A stretch of 64,000 nucleotides of DNA from Candidatus Latescibacterota bacterium. Lineage in GTDB: Bacteria > Latescibacterota > UBA2968 > UBA8231. Positions within the stretch are counted from its first letter, which is position 1. The number at the start of each line of letters is the position of its first letter. The stretch lies in assembly GCA_036336855.1 (NCBI GenBank), contig JAYZFI010000052.1, forward strand, positions 7,087 through 71,086. Reading direction: 5' to 3'. The notes under the pieces are model-generated. The model had not been told where the DNA came from, did not search any database, and saw only the letters and a program-made list of their open reading frames with translations. A program made the position numbers and the translations under genes. Below, in pieces: positions 18,967 to 29,183 of the stretch.

Positions 18967-21945
18967 CTACAGTCCGGCAAAGACTGAGAGGAAGACGAGT
19001 CCTGACGTTCGTTTCTGCGCTCCCCGCTCCACCCGCTCAAGTCGGCGACGGTCGTAGCGGATGCCCATCTGCGTGGTCAGATCGTAGCCGAGATAGGCGT
19101 GGCGGTTGGTCAGCTGGACGGCGAACACCGACCCACCAAAGTCACCGGTGAGGACGCCGTCGTCCAGCTGGTCCTCTTTGACTCCCAGCTCGTGAAACAG
19201 CCGCTGCTCGAGGCCGGTCTCGATGATGGTGCCGCGCAGCACCGGCAGGCGCAGGAGCAGGATACCGAGCCCGTCCCAAGAGCGCCGGCGCTCCAGTAGC
19301 CGTGAGAAAGGCGTCTGACGCACGTATTCGCTCTTGACCCGGGGCACCAGTTGGACGATGCCGAGGTCGAAGAGGTATTCCGCCTTGTTGATGAAGCCAA
19401 ACAGCCCCGACGCTTCGCGGCCGTTGCGCTCCTCGAGGCCGAGAGGATCGAAGGTGACGATGCGCTCGCCCTGTTCATCGAGCACGAACTCGCCCTCGTC
19501 GTTGCGCAGAAAATCGCGGTCGGTGTCCACTTGGCGCCAAGTCTCCCACTTCAGACGGTGGCGGTGACGCATTTCGCCCCGGTGCCCAGACCAGTCGGCG
19601 TAGAAGGTGTTGATCCACGTGTCTTCTGCCGCCAAGGGATCGGGGACGCGCTGGTTGCGGCCCTGCGTATCCGCGGGTAGACCGAAGGCGGTCCGCGGGA
19701 TGCCCCACTGGGACAGGTCGTCGGGGATGTCGTCTTCGGCGCGACGCAGCATGTCGTAGATGCGCAGCCGGCCGAGGCGCGCCCAATTCTTGTCGTACGA
19801 GGTCAGCGCGTAGGTTGTCTTGTTCTCGCGATGGGTCTTGCGCTGATCCTGCTGGAGCCTGCCGATGGTGATCTTGCCCTCGGCGCGCACGACGATGCTG
19901 GCGAAAGCGTTATAGCCCCAGTGATCCTTGCGGTACGGGTAGTCGGGGCGATCGTCGTTCTCGAAGCGCTCCGCCCAGCCGTTGTTGTTGAGATCGATGC
20001 CGAACAGGAACTCCGGTCGGTCTGTGTTGTAGCGAAGGAAGGGCTCGTCGTAGTCCGGGAACAGGTTCTCGCGCTCTCCGGTGCTGTTCTGGTTGAAATC
20101 GGAGATGAAGTCGCGATTCTCGTCGTAGCCGGGGAACACCGCCGGATCGGCGACGCCCTCAGGACGGATCCGGAAGGTCTCTCCCGGAATCCGAATTAGG
20201 CTGCCCTGGAATAGCCGCTTCTGATCGGGGTGACGGTCGTTGTCGTCATTGTCGTCGACGAAGTCATAGAACTGGTCGGTCGACTCTGGCGAGTAGTCAG
20301 CAATGCCGCGGCCGTCGACGAGTAGGATCCGGGTGTCGTACTCGTCCTCCATGCCGAAGCCTTCGAGGAAGAACCGCCAGGGGCCAGAACGTCGCGACAG
20401 GTTGAACATCCAGCCGTAGCCTTCTTCGTCGCCTTTGATCCCGGTGATGGCCCGGTGCTTCTTGCGGCTTGTGTCGGGATACTTCCGGTACTCGTTGGCG
20501 ACGTTGAATTCGCCGTAGAAATCCCAGCCACGGAAGTCGCGCACTTCTGCGGTGATGCCGTATACGTGGCGCGCTGTGGGAATGCCGTAGTCGAAAACGA
20601 CCTCACGCTGGTTAAGCCGGCTCTTGATGTTGCCGTCGGCGCGCTCTACCACCAGGAACTGCGGCTGCCCTACTGGATTGGTCTGACGATCCGACGAGAC
20701 CTCGATGCGGTAGTCGTTGGCCACCACCACACGGAAGCGCACATTCTTGATGCGGGTAATGGCGTCCTCGGCGTCCGACAGCGACAGATTCAGGGCCTGC
20801 TGCAGCAGTAGTCGCAAGGTGCCGGTTTCGCTCTCCTCGTCGGTCAGCGGCGCCAGCGGATAGGCGAGCTCGATCGCATCGGCGCCGTCGGCGGTGAGGA
20901 AGCCATCGCGCAGCTTGCCGCCGGAGCGCTCGGCGCGCCAGCCGATGCTGCTGCCCACGATGGTCGTGTCCCGCGGCACTGACTGCACGGAATCGCCAAC
21001 CTGCACGTCCGTCATCAGGGCCAGGGTGATCTCGGTGTCCTCGCTGAACAGCATCGCTCCGCCCTCGCCGTCCTCCGGCGAGTCGTCCGAAAGCCGCACC
21101 ACCAGTAGCTCGAGTCGGCGGTCGAGCTGACCGCTGGTGAGCTGGCCCTGGAAGGGGTTGTGGCGGAAGCTTTCCCGCGAGCCGTTGCTGTGATGGGCGT
21201 TGGCCAGGGTAAACCCCAGCGTCACCTTCTGGTGCGGATTAACCTCGAGCCGGCCACCGGTGAAGCTCGTCGTGTTCTCCAGCGACGCCGTGGGAATCTC
21301 CGAGTCGATGGTCACCCCCGGCAGCGACGCCCGCGAGAACAGGCCGGTGGCACGCCAATTACGGCCCGAGACGTTGGTCATGACGCCGTTGAAACCCGCC
21401 TTGCGGAAGGTCATTGGCGTCAGCGTGGTGTTAATCTCGTCGCCGATGATGATGGAGTAGTTGTAGTCGCCGGCTTCGTCGGCAGAGATCACCATGCGCT
21501 GGAAGAAGCTGCCGTAGCGTCCGGTCTTGGTGAGACGGCTACTCTCGAAGGCCAGCGGCTGCGTTTGCCGCCAGTCGTAGATCAGCCAGCCTCGGGTCGT
21601 GAGTTCACCGAAATCGTCGTAGAAGTAGAAGCCCTCTTGCTGGCGATCGAGATACCGTAGGTAGCGCTCCTTGGCGTAGTTCGTCGTCGTCCACTGTCGC
21701 CGGCCGTACTCCTGGAACAGCTCCTCGGGCATATACCAGCGGTGAATGGATGGATCCAAGGCATCCATCTGCACCGTCGTGCCCGCTGCCCGGTAGGTCC
21801 AGTGATCGCCGGTACGAACCCCCAGGCGGTCGCCGTAGTCCTCGTTGGCACCCACTGTAGCGACCGACGTCAACGTCGCCGCGATGGCCAGATTCAGACC
21901 CAATCGGGATCGCAGTGCAGTATGTGAGGACAGCACTGCGCTCAT
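18967..21945 (-). CDS. Large secreted/outer-membrane protein, paralog 2 (acidic insert, predicted beta-rich C-terminus)
   Basis: 992 aa; signal peptide; DYGDRLGV, GWLIYDWRQ, LSDDSPEDGEGGA, FVDDNDDNDRHPD, PEFLFGIDLNNNGW; ends LVFLSVFAGL. Confidence 0.6.
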   Translation of the reverse strand: MSAVLSSHTALRSRLGLNLAIAATLTSVATVGANEDYGDRLGVRTGDHWTYRAAGTTVQMDALDPSIHRWYMPEELFQEYGRRQWTTTNYAKERYLRYLDRQQEGFYFYDDFGELTTRGWLIYDWRQTQPLAFESSRLTKTGRYGSFFQRMVISADEAGDYNYSIIIGDEINTTLTPMTFRKAGFNGVMTNVSGRNWRATGLFSRASLPGVTIDSEIPTASLENTTSFTGGRLEVNPHQKVTLGFTLANAHHSNGSRESFRHNPFQGQLTSGQLDRRLELLVVRLSDDSPEDGEGGAMLFSEDTEITLALMTDVQVGDSVQSVPRDTTIVGSSIGWRAERSGGKLRDGFLTADGADAIELAYPLAPLTDEESETGTLRLLLQQALNLSLSDAEDAITRIKNVRFRVVVANDYRIEVSSDRQTNPVGQPQFLVVERADGNIKSRLNQREVVFDYGIPTARHVYGITAEVRDFRGWDFYGEFNVANEYRKYPDTSRKKHRAITGIKGDEEGYGWMFNLSRRSGPWRFFLEGFGMEDEYDTRILLVDGRGIADYSPESTDQFYDFVDDNDDNDRHPDQKRLFQGSLIRIPGETFRIRPEGVADPAVFPGYDENRDFISDFNQNSTGERENLFPDYDEPFLRYNTDRPEFLFGIDLNNNGWAERFENDDRPDYPYRKDHWGYNAFASIVVRAEGKITIGRLQQDQRKTHRENKTTYALTSYDKNWARLGRLRIYDMLRRAEDDIPDDLSQWGIPRTAFGLPADTQGRNQRVPDPLAAEDTWINTFYADWSGHRGEMRHRHRLKWETWRQVDTDRDFLRNDEGEFVLDEQGERIVTFDPLGLEERNGREASGLFGFINKAEYLFDLGIVQLVPRVKSEYVRQTPFSRLLERRRSWDGLGILLLRLPVLRGTIIETGLEQRLFHELGVKEDQLDDGVLTGDFGGSVFAVQLTNRHAYLGYDLTTQMGIRYDRRRLERVERGAQKRTSGLVFLSVFAGL

Positions 21946-24788
21946 CGGTCGACACCGGCGTACACGGTGATGAAGGTCGTGGTTTCGTTGCTGCTCTCCG
22001 ACGCCAGCTTAAAGGTGCCGTTGTCACGCTCCTTGACCAGCTCGGTGCGCGTGCGTCCTAAGCGAATCCCCACCTGTGTGGTCAGGCTGTAGCCAAGGTA
22101 GGCGGAGTTGTTGGACAGCTGCAGGGCCATCGTTGTGGAACGGAAGTCACCGGTGTCCGTGGTGATGCCGAGGTCGACCATCTCGTCCTCGGCCGCCACC
22201 AGGTCGCGGAACCAGAATAATTCGACACCGGCCTGCAGAACGGTGTGATTGAGCGCCGGCAACTGGGCTAGCAGGTAGCCGGCGCCGGCCCAGTGCTTTC
22301 GGTCGTCATCGCCGCGCACGAAGGCGGTCTGTCGCAGGTACTCGCTCTTGAAGCGGGGCTGCAACGTCACCGTTCCCAGGTCGTACTCGTAGTCTACCTT
22401 GTTCACCAAGCCGAGCAGGCTGGAAGCATCGGAGATAGGCAGGCCATCAATAGTGCGCAGGTTGCTCTTGGCCTGGTGGAACAGCTGCCACTTGACCTTG
22501 TTGCGCAGCCGCAGGTTGTCGATGCCGGTGTAGTCGAAGCCGAGGAACGACTGGTTCACCCAGGTGTCCTGGGCGGGCAGGATGTCCTTCACCACCGGCT
22601 GGATCGGCGGTGCGTCCACGAAGGGGGTGGGCTCTCGGCGGTCGTCTGGGATGTGGTCCTCGACCCGCTTGAGCATTTCGAAGACGCGCAATCGACCGAT
22701 TCCCGGGAAGCTGCGCTCCGCTGTTAGCATGGCGTAGTTGACGTTGCTGCTGCGATCCTCGGAAATCATCTCCTCCTGCGAGCGACCAATTGTGAGGCGC
22801 ACGTCCGGACGCAGGTGCAGACCGCCGAAGATGTTGCGGCCCTCACGGTCGGGTTTGTAGGGATAGTCTGGGACGTCGTCGTCCTCGAAGCGGTCGATCC
22901 AGTCGTTGTTGTTGAGGTCGATGCCGAACAAGAACTCCGGCCGGTCGACCTCGTAGCGCAGGAAGGGCTCCTCGTAGTCGGGAATGAGGTTGGTGACCGT
23001 GGAGTTGTCGTTCTGGTTGAAGTCGGAGATGAAGTCGTTGTTCTCGTCCCACCCGGGGAAGATGAGGCGGTCGGAGATGGTGCCGAAGCGCACCCAATCC
23101 GGGTAGCGATCCTGGTCGTCGTTGTCGTCCACGAATTCGTACAGATGCCGCTGCGCCTCGTCGTAGTTGATATCGCCGTTGGGATCGGTGACGAAAGCGG
23201 TGGTGGAGTAGGCGTCGTCGATGGAGTAACTCTCGCCGTAGACGAACCAGGGATAGTTCTGACGGTTGACGTTGACATACCAGCCGTCCGAGCTCTCAGA
23301 AGAGATCTCGTGACTGTCACCAGAGGCGAAGGTGGCGGCGTTGGGATACTGGAAGTAGCGGGTGTTGCGGTCCCACTCGCCGTAGACGTTGAAGCCCCAG
23401 ATGTCGGAGCCCTCGATGGTGAAGCCGCCGACGAAGTTCGCCGTAGGCAGCCCGTAGTTGAACTTCACCAACGACAGGTTGGAGATATCCTGCACGTTGC
23501 CCTCGGCGCGACGCAGGGTGATGAGTGCCGGCTCGGAGTTGTCGATAGTTTCGGCGCTCAGCGGCGGTGACGGCATGGCACGCCGGCCCGTCTGCCGATC
23601 CGACCACATCTGCACCTTGTAGTCGTTGGCTAGCACGTACTCGAACTTCACGTCCACGATCGACGTCGGATCGGGTCCGATGTAGGCCGGGTCGTTGAAG
23701 TCGTAATTGAGGACGATGCGCTCGGCGCCGTCGGCGGCGATAAAGCCGGTGCGCTCGAAACCGCCGAACACGATGGGCCATTCAGCGCCAGATCGCACCA
23801 CTTCTTTGAGAGTGCTGCGGGTCTCGCGGCCGGTCTCGAAATTACGGCTGACGATGACGACATCATGGCGGAACAGCGCCGCACCGCCTTCGCCGTCCTC
23901 CGGCGAGTCGTCGCTGAGAATGATCGCAATCGCGGTCAGTGGTGAGCTGCTCTGCCCAGCGGTAGAGCTGCCGGCGATGAGGTCGCCGCTGAACAGGTCG
24001 AGCGTGGTGTTGACGTGACGCGCCGCCACTGCCGTGGCGCCGAACTCGACGAAATCGCCTACTTGCACTGTGCCGCGGCTGCCGAACATGGTCGTGGCAT
24101 TAGTGCGGGTTTCAGCACCTTGCTCGGTGGCGCCGGAGATCGGATCGCTGACCCTGGAGGCAAGGATCGTTGCCGCGTACTTGTCAGCCATGAAGTCGAT
24201 CTGCACGCCGTTGAAGGTCGGCTTCGAGAATGTCATCGGCGTCAGCGTGGTCCGCAGCTGATTGCCCACGGTGATGGCGTAGTGGTACTGGCCCTTGCTG
24301 TCGCCACCGACGGTGACCGCCGAGAACCACTGGGTGAAGCGCTTATCCTTGAAGATGCTGTTGCCCAACTGCTGGGGCTGGTCCTGACGCCAGTCGTAGA
24401 TCAGCCAGCCGCGGCCGATGTAGTTGCCGTAGAAGTCGTAGAAAAAGTCGCCTTCGAGCGCCGTGTCGACGTAGCGCTCGTAGTGGTCGCGGGCGTAGTT
24501 GGAATACTCCCACTGCCGCCAGCCGAACTCGGTGTACAGCTCCTGGGGCACGTACCACTTCTTGATCGAAGGGTCCATGGCTCCAAACATCACGCCCGGG
24601 CCTGTAGGTTCGAAGGAGACCGTGCCACCTCGCTGTACGCCCAACCGGGCGCCGTAATCCTGAGCGTGTGAGGACGGGGGCGCCGTGAACAGCAACGTGG
24701 TGACCGCAAGGGACAGCGCCGCCCATCGCACCGCGGCGCGATGCCCAATGTGTGTGACGATTCTACCTGGCAATGTCTGGCCTCCCAT
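21942..24788 (-). CDS. Large secreted/outer-membrane protein, paralog 1
   Basis: 948 aa; shares all motifs with 18967..21945; ATGA coupling to it; alternative TTG start at 24773 with GGAGG. Confidence 0.6.
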   Translation of the reverse strand: MGGQTLPGRIVTHIGHRAAVRWAALSLAVTTLLFTAPPSSHAQDYGARLGVQRGGTVSFEPTGPGVMFGAMDPSIKKWYVPQELYTEFGWRQWEYSNYARDHYERYVDTALEGDFFYDFYGNYIGRGWLIYDWRQDQPQQLGNSIFKDKRFTQWFSAVTVGGDSKGQYHYAITVGNQLRTTLTPMTFSKPTFNGVQIDFMADKYAATILASRVSDPISGATEQGAETRTNATTMFGSRGTVQVGDFVEFGATAVAARHVNTTLDLFSGDLIAGSSTAGQSSSPLTAIAIILSDDSPEDGEGGAALFRHDVVIVSRNFETGRETRSTLKEVVRSGAEWPIVFGGFERTGFIAADGAERIVLNYDFNDPAYIGPDPTSIVDVKFEYVLANDYKVQMWSDRQTGRRAMPSPPLSAETIDNSEPALITLRRAEGNVQDISNLSLVKFNYGLPTANFVGGFTIEGSDIWGFNVYGEWDRNTRYFQYPNAATFASGDSHEISSESSDGWYVNVNRQNYPWFVYGESYSIDDAYSTTAFVTDPNGDINYDEAQRHLYEFVDDNDDQDRYPDWVRFGTISDRLIFPGWDENNDFISDFNQNDNSTVTNLIPDYEEPFLRYEVDRPEFLFGIDLNNNDWIDRFEDDDVPDYPYKPDREGRNIFGGLHLRPDVRLTIGRSQEEMISEDRSSNVNYAMLTAERSFPGIGRLRVFEMLKRVEDHIPDDRREPTPFVDAPPIQPVVKDILPAQDTWVNQSFLGFDYTGIDNLRLRNKVKWQLFHQAKSNLRTIDGLPISDASSLLGLVNKVDYEYDLGTVTLQPRFKSEYLRQTAFVRGDDDRKHWAGAGYLLAQLPALNHTVLQAGVELFWFRDLVAAEDEMVDLGITTDTGDFRSTTMALQLSNNSAYLGYSLTTQVGIRLGRTRTELVKERDNGTFKLASESSNETTTFITVYAGVDR

Positions 24789-24838
24789 GACCCTGCAGGG
24801 GCGCCGGCAATCGCGCCGACACCACCGTGATGCCTAAC

Positions 24839-27055
24839 TCAGTATGCGACGGCGATGACGCCGACTTCGGACTCCTCGCCAGTGCCTGCGTCCAGGGTAA
24901 CCCGGAACACATAGTTGCCCGGCGGAACGAGCTCACCGTTTTCTCCCAGACCGTCCCAGGGCCTCTGGAAGCGTCCCGAGTTGTCGAAGTCGTTCCGTAG
25001 GATGCGGACGGTGCGTCCCGAGAGATCGCAGATGACGATCTTCAGCGGCGTCAGTCTTGCGATGTTGGTAATGTCGTATTCGATGTGGACGTCGTCGTTA
25101 ACGCCATCGCCATTGGGGCTGAGCACCCGCGGGTGGGCCCGCACGTTGGTCAGCAGGTCGCGCGCGATAGAAACCGCCACGGACAGGTTCTGATCGTCCG
25201 GAGTTCCTACCGGCGTGATGTCGGAATCTTCGACGTCGAAGGCGCTGAGGTCGTCGGCGTTGCCTGCTGTTGCCGCCTGCGTCAGGGTAGCGCTGGCATC
25301 GGCGTTGCGAGCGCGCACGGTGAAGGTTGTACCAAAGCGCAACACCGCCGTTTCTAACTCGACAGTTATCAGCGCATCATTCTCATCGATGAGGGGAAAG
25401 TCAAGTCCAAGCAGATTGTCCTGCACGTCGACGATACGGACGTCGCCAACGGCGGCGGGCAAGTTGTCGAGATCGGCGGCACTGAAGTCGACCTCGGTAG
25501 TGCCCGTTGCGCGAGTGATGCGCACACGACCCACACGGGATACCTTCAGCGGTGTATCGATCTCGAGGCCATCGAAGCCGCGATCGGTGCTTTCGCGCAG
25601 GTTCGTGCGTACGGCGAGCACGAAATTCGTTTGCTTACCTACGTTAGCCTGGCGGGGAGCGATCTCCCCGATTAGCGATTCCGCGTAGGGCGGGGTAAGC
25701 ACGTCGAAGGCGAAGGCGCCTATGCCGGTGGCGGCCTCGAAGTCGTCGCTGAAGAAGTCAATACTGAACTGGAAATAGCGCCGTGGGCTCGGCGACGCTA
25801 GAGCCACCCCCGCCGTGGGATCGCCGATCTCCTCCTCGGTCACGGCTCCTACCGAGCTGTAGGGGGGAGACCAGCCGCTCCAGTCGTCGGTGTCGTCGCG
25901 TGCTGGACCTCGATCCTCGTTGCGCAACCGCTCCCATTCCGATTTGGTAAGGGTGGCCTGCGCCTTCTGATCGAGAGGCAGGGAGCGGAAGTGTTCGCGC
26001 GCCACTCGAACATCAACATCTTCGTTGTCGAGCACAGTGGCGATGAGTTCGCTGAGCTCGGTGCCTTCAACGGCTTCGGCGTCTTTCCATGGAACGTCAG
26101 GTCGGCGGAACTGGGTACCGGCGGCACCGGCCCCGGCGCCTCCGACTCGGAAGATGAACTCACCGGGACGCTGCTTGTTGTATTCCACTGGGTCGGGGTC
26201 GCGGCCCGAGCGCGTACGAATATTGATCCGCGAGCGTGCGGGATCGCCCTGGGGTTGCTGCACCCAGCGAAGATTGCCCAGTAGTGCGAGATCACCGAAG
26301 TCGAAGACGTTCGACAGGTAGCTGGCCTCGGGCACGAAGCCGGTGCCGAAAATTTGAAATTCCGCGATCTCGAAGCCCGCTGGGGTCAGCGACTTGAGGC
26401 GCACGAAGCGCACGTACTGAGGCTCGACGCGAACGTCGACTACCTGGTCTTCGTTAGTGGCCTCGATAGCTACGGTCTGCAGAATCGGCGTTCCCTCGAA
26501 CTGCGATTCTGGCGTGCCGTCGTTGACGAAGATCTCGTAGGCGCGCATAAACTCGTTTTGAAAGGGAAATTCCGGTGCCGGATAGCTGTCGAGGGCGTTG
26601 CGCGGGAAGAACCGGAACCGGTTGATTCCGAAACGCGCTCCCAAGTCTATGTCGATGAGAATGCCGAGGACGCGGGCGCTGGCCGTACCGCTCGAGGCGC
26701 GCAGGTCCAGGGATGTCTTCCCGTCGTTGTCAATGATGAGCGGAAGCGAGCCGCGGATGCTGATCGTATTCGGCGAGGTGATCTCACCGCCCCGCAACTC
26801 GGAGTTGAGGCCGAGAGCGATATTAGCGGTGGTGTCGGCGCGCTGCGGAAGAATCCAGTTGGACAGTCCTTCGGGATCGAAGTCGATGACGCCGCCTGGG
26901 GCGTTGGTCACCTCGACACGGGACGAGGAGCGGATGGCTACAGCATCGACGTCGCCAGCTCCAGTTTGCCAGCTGAGCCCCCCCTCACCTCCGGCGACGA
27001 TGGTCTGTGCGGAGGCCGTCGTGGCCATAAACGCCACCAACACCGCCGCCCTCAT
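24839..27055 (-). CDS. Secreted class C discoidin-like/FlgD-Ig C-terminal domain protein
   Basis: Start ATG 27055 (MRAAVLVAF, signal peptide); IDLGARFGINRFRFFPR, EIAEFQIFGTGF, SPNGDGVNDD; ends IAVAY. Confidence 0.72.
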   Translation of the reverse strand: MRAAVLVAFMATTASAQTIVAGGEGGLSWQTGAGDVDAVAIRSSSRVEVTNAPGGVIDFDPEGLSNWILPQRADTTANIALGLNSELRGGEITSPNTISIRGSLPLIIDNDGKTSLDLRASSGTASARVLGILIDIDLGARFGINRFRFFPRNALDSYPAPEFPFQNEFMRAYEIFVNDGTPESQFEGTPILQTVAIEATNEDQVVDVRVEPQYVRFVRLKSLTPAGFEIAEFQIFGTGFVPEASYLSNVFDFGDLALLGNLRWVQQPQGDPARSRINIRTRSGRDPDPVEYNKQRPGEFIFRVGGAGAGAAGTQFRRPDVPWKDAEAVEGTELSELIATVLDNEDVDVRVAREHFRSLPLDQKAQATLTKSEWERLRNEDRGPARDDTDDWSGWSPPYSSVGAVTEEEIGDPTAGVALASPSPRRYFQFSIDFFSDDFEAATGIGAFAFDVLTPPYAESLIGEIAPRQANVGKQTNFVLAVRTNLRESTDRGFDGLEIDTPLKVSRVGRVRITRATGTTEVDFSAADLDNLPAAVGDVRIVDVQDNLLGLDFPLIDENDALITVELETAVLRFGTTFTVRARNADASATLTQAATAGNADDLSAFDVEDSDITPVGTPDDQNLSVAVSIARDLLTNVRAHPRVLSPNGDGVNDDVHIEYDITNIARLTPLKIVICDLSGRTVRILRNDFDNSGRFQRPWDGLGENGELVPPGNYVFRVTLDAGTGEESEVGVIAVAY

Positions 27056-27277
27056 CCGATAATATCGGCGCCTGCACGGTTGACCCAATCTCAATGAAAG
27101 AGGCACTCGGGATTCACCTGCCAGATTGCACGACTGCACTCCGCTCGTCTCCGCTCAGTGAGATCGCTGCCGGTAGAGATGCTCGTTCCAACGACCGAGG
27201 GACGCGGAAACGTGGTAAATTGATAATTCACAACCTCGTGTGCATCAACCCATGAAAGGGATTCTGAGGGATTTTCT

Positions 27278-29089
27278 ATGCGGTTGAGGCATTGTTGCCT
27301 TTGCGTCGGCACCTTGCTCGCCGTCGCATGCGCCCCAGAATTGGGACCCGCTTCAGAGAGTTTCTCGGAGGTGTCGGTCGCCCTTGGGCTTGGTTTTGTG
27401 CACAGCCATGGCGGGGTCGGCGACTATCACTTGGTGGAGACCATGGGATCTGGTGGTGCCTTCATCGACTACGACTGTGATGGCTGGCTAGACCTTTACC
27501 TAGTGGACGGTCATTCCCTATCCCACCTCCAGACGGCGGGTGCCCCAAATCCAGTGAACCTGCTCCGCCGGGGGTACGACGGCTTCTTCGTTACCCGCGG
27601 TGAGCGCCTGGCCCCTCGCTTCGACGGCATGGTTTCGGAGGCGGCCTCCACGGTGACCCCCGATGCGCTCTCGGCCTCGGGTAATAAGCTGTACCGCAAT
27701 CAGATGGGCGATCGGTTCCAGTTCATCCCCGACGCCGCCGGAGCCGCCGACCCCGGCTACGGAATGGGGTGCGCCGTTGGCGACGCGAACGGAGACGGCG
27801 CCAGCGATCTTTACGTCACCAACTACCATCGCAACCAGCTCTACTTGAACGTGCAGAGCTCCTTTCGGCCCAACCCCGCCGCTGCCGATTCTCACTGGTC
27901 GACGAGTGCCACCTTCTTAGACTACGACCTCGATGGCGATCTTGATCTCTACGTGGCCAACTACCTCGACTATTCGCCCGCCAACAACCGGGTCTGTGGA
28001 GGGGTCAGCGACCTCGGTGCCACGACGTCGGGACTGCGGGAAATGAGGATCCAGGACGATCAGCGAACCTATTGCAGCCCCCGCTACTACAACGGAGCCC
28101 CTGACGTGCTTTATCGCAATGGCGGGGATGGTCGATTCGACGATGTGTCCGCAGCGGTTGGTGTCTTCGACGTATTCGGTAAGGGGTTGGGTGTAGTCGC
28201 CGGGGATTTTGACGACGACGGTGATCCCGACCTTTACGTTGCCAACGATGGGGTGCGCAATTCCCTCTGGAGGAATGACCGCATCCACGGCGGTCGGCGG
28301 TTCAAGAACGTCGCCGTTCTTGCCGGCGCCGCCTACGGTGCAACCGGCACTCCCCAGGCTGGGATGGGGGTCGACGTGGGAGATCTCGATGGCGATCTCG
28401 ACCTCGACTTAGTAGTGACCAATTTCTCGCGCGAGCACAACAACCTCTACCGCAATGACGATGGTCTGCACTTTACCGACGTGCCCGTGGAGGCCGGTCT
28501 CGGGGAAGCGAGTCTGCTGCCCCTGGGTTTCGGGGCCCTGCTGGCCGACCTCGACCACGACGCCGACCTCGATCTGTTCGTTGCCAACGGACACGTCATG
28601 GATCGGGTGACGGCTATGGACGGCGAGCTCGCCCACGCCCAACCGGACCAGCTCTTCATCAACGAGGCTGGAAGATTCCGCCAAGCCCCTTTCGTCGGTC
28701 AGCTACCACCTCTGGTTTCGCGGGGGGCCGCCATGGGGGACTACGATCGGGATGGCGATCTCGACCTGCTGGTCACCGCCAACGCAGGACCCGCCAGGCT
28801 CTTTCGCAACGACAGAGCTCCGGGCAACTGGCTCGTCGTGCAACTGCGGGGCAAAGTGGGCAACCCATTTGGGATCGGTGCCCGCATCGAGGTACACTGC
28901 GCCGGCTCGACCCAGGTGAGGGAAATTCGACGCAACCGGTCGTACCTCAGCTCCAGCAGCGCCGATGCCCATTTTGGCCTTGGCACCTGTACGTGGGTAG
29001 AGGGCGTCAAGGTGCGTTGGCCGGGCGGCGAGATCAGTGAAAGAGCCGGGGTCGAGGCCAATCGTTATCTGCTTGTGCGCCGTGGCTGA
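27278..29089 (+). CDS. CRTAC1-family lipoprotein (FG-GAP repeats plus ASPIC/UnbV)
   Basis: Lipobox LAVAC; repeated DxDxDGDLDLYV; C-terminal SYLS..AHFGLG..VRWPGG. Confidence 0.9.
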   Translation: MRLRHCCLCVGTLLAVACAPELGPASESFSEVSVALGLGFVHSHGGVGDYHLVETMGSGGAFIDYDCDGWLDLYLVDGHSLSHLQTAGAPNPVNLLRRGYDGFFVTRGERLAPRFDGMVSEAASTVTPDALSASGNKLYRNQMGDRFQFIPDAAGAADPGYGMGCAVGDANGDGASDLYVTNYHRNQLYLNVQSSFRPNPAAADSHWSTSATFLDYDLDGDLDLYVANYLDYSPANNRVCGGVSDLGATTSGLREMRIQDDQRTYCSPRYYNGAPDVLYRNGGDGRFDDVSAAVGVFDVFGKGLGVVAGDFDDDGDPDLYVANDGVRNSLWRNDRIHGGRRFKNVAVLAGAAYGATGTPQAGMGVDVGDLDGDLDLDLVVTNFSREHNNLYRNDDGLHFTDVPVEAGLGEASLLPLGFGALLADLDHDADLDLFVANGHVMDRVTAMDGELAHAQPDQLFINEAGRFRQAPFVGQLPPLVSRGAAMGDYDRDGDLDLLVTANAGPARLFRNDRAPGNWLVVQLRGKVGNPFGIGARIEVHCAGSTQVREIRRNRSYLSSSSADAHFGLGTCTWVEGVKVRWPGGEISERAGVEANRYLLVRRG

Positions 29090-29183
29090 GGGGGCGCGTG
29101 GCGAGCAACGAAAGCTGTCAGTACTTTGATGTCCCCTTCGCACATCTCGCCTATTCACCGATTCCCGATCTCTTATACAATCC

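Noticed and set aside
2751-27055. Flagellar locus suggested by the FlgD-like domains
   Set aside because: Only the C-terminal Ig-like domain resembles FlgD; the proteins have Sec signals and no flagellar genes are present
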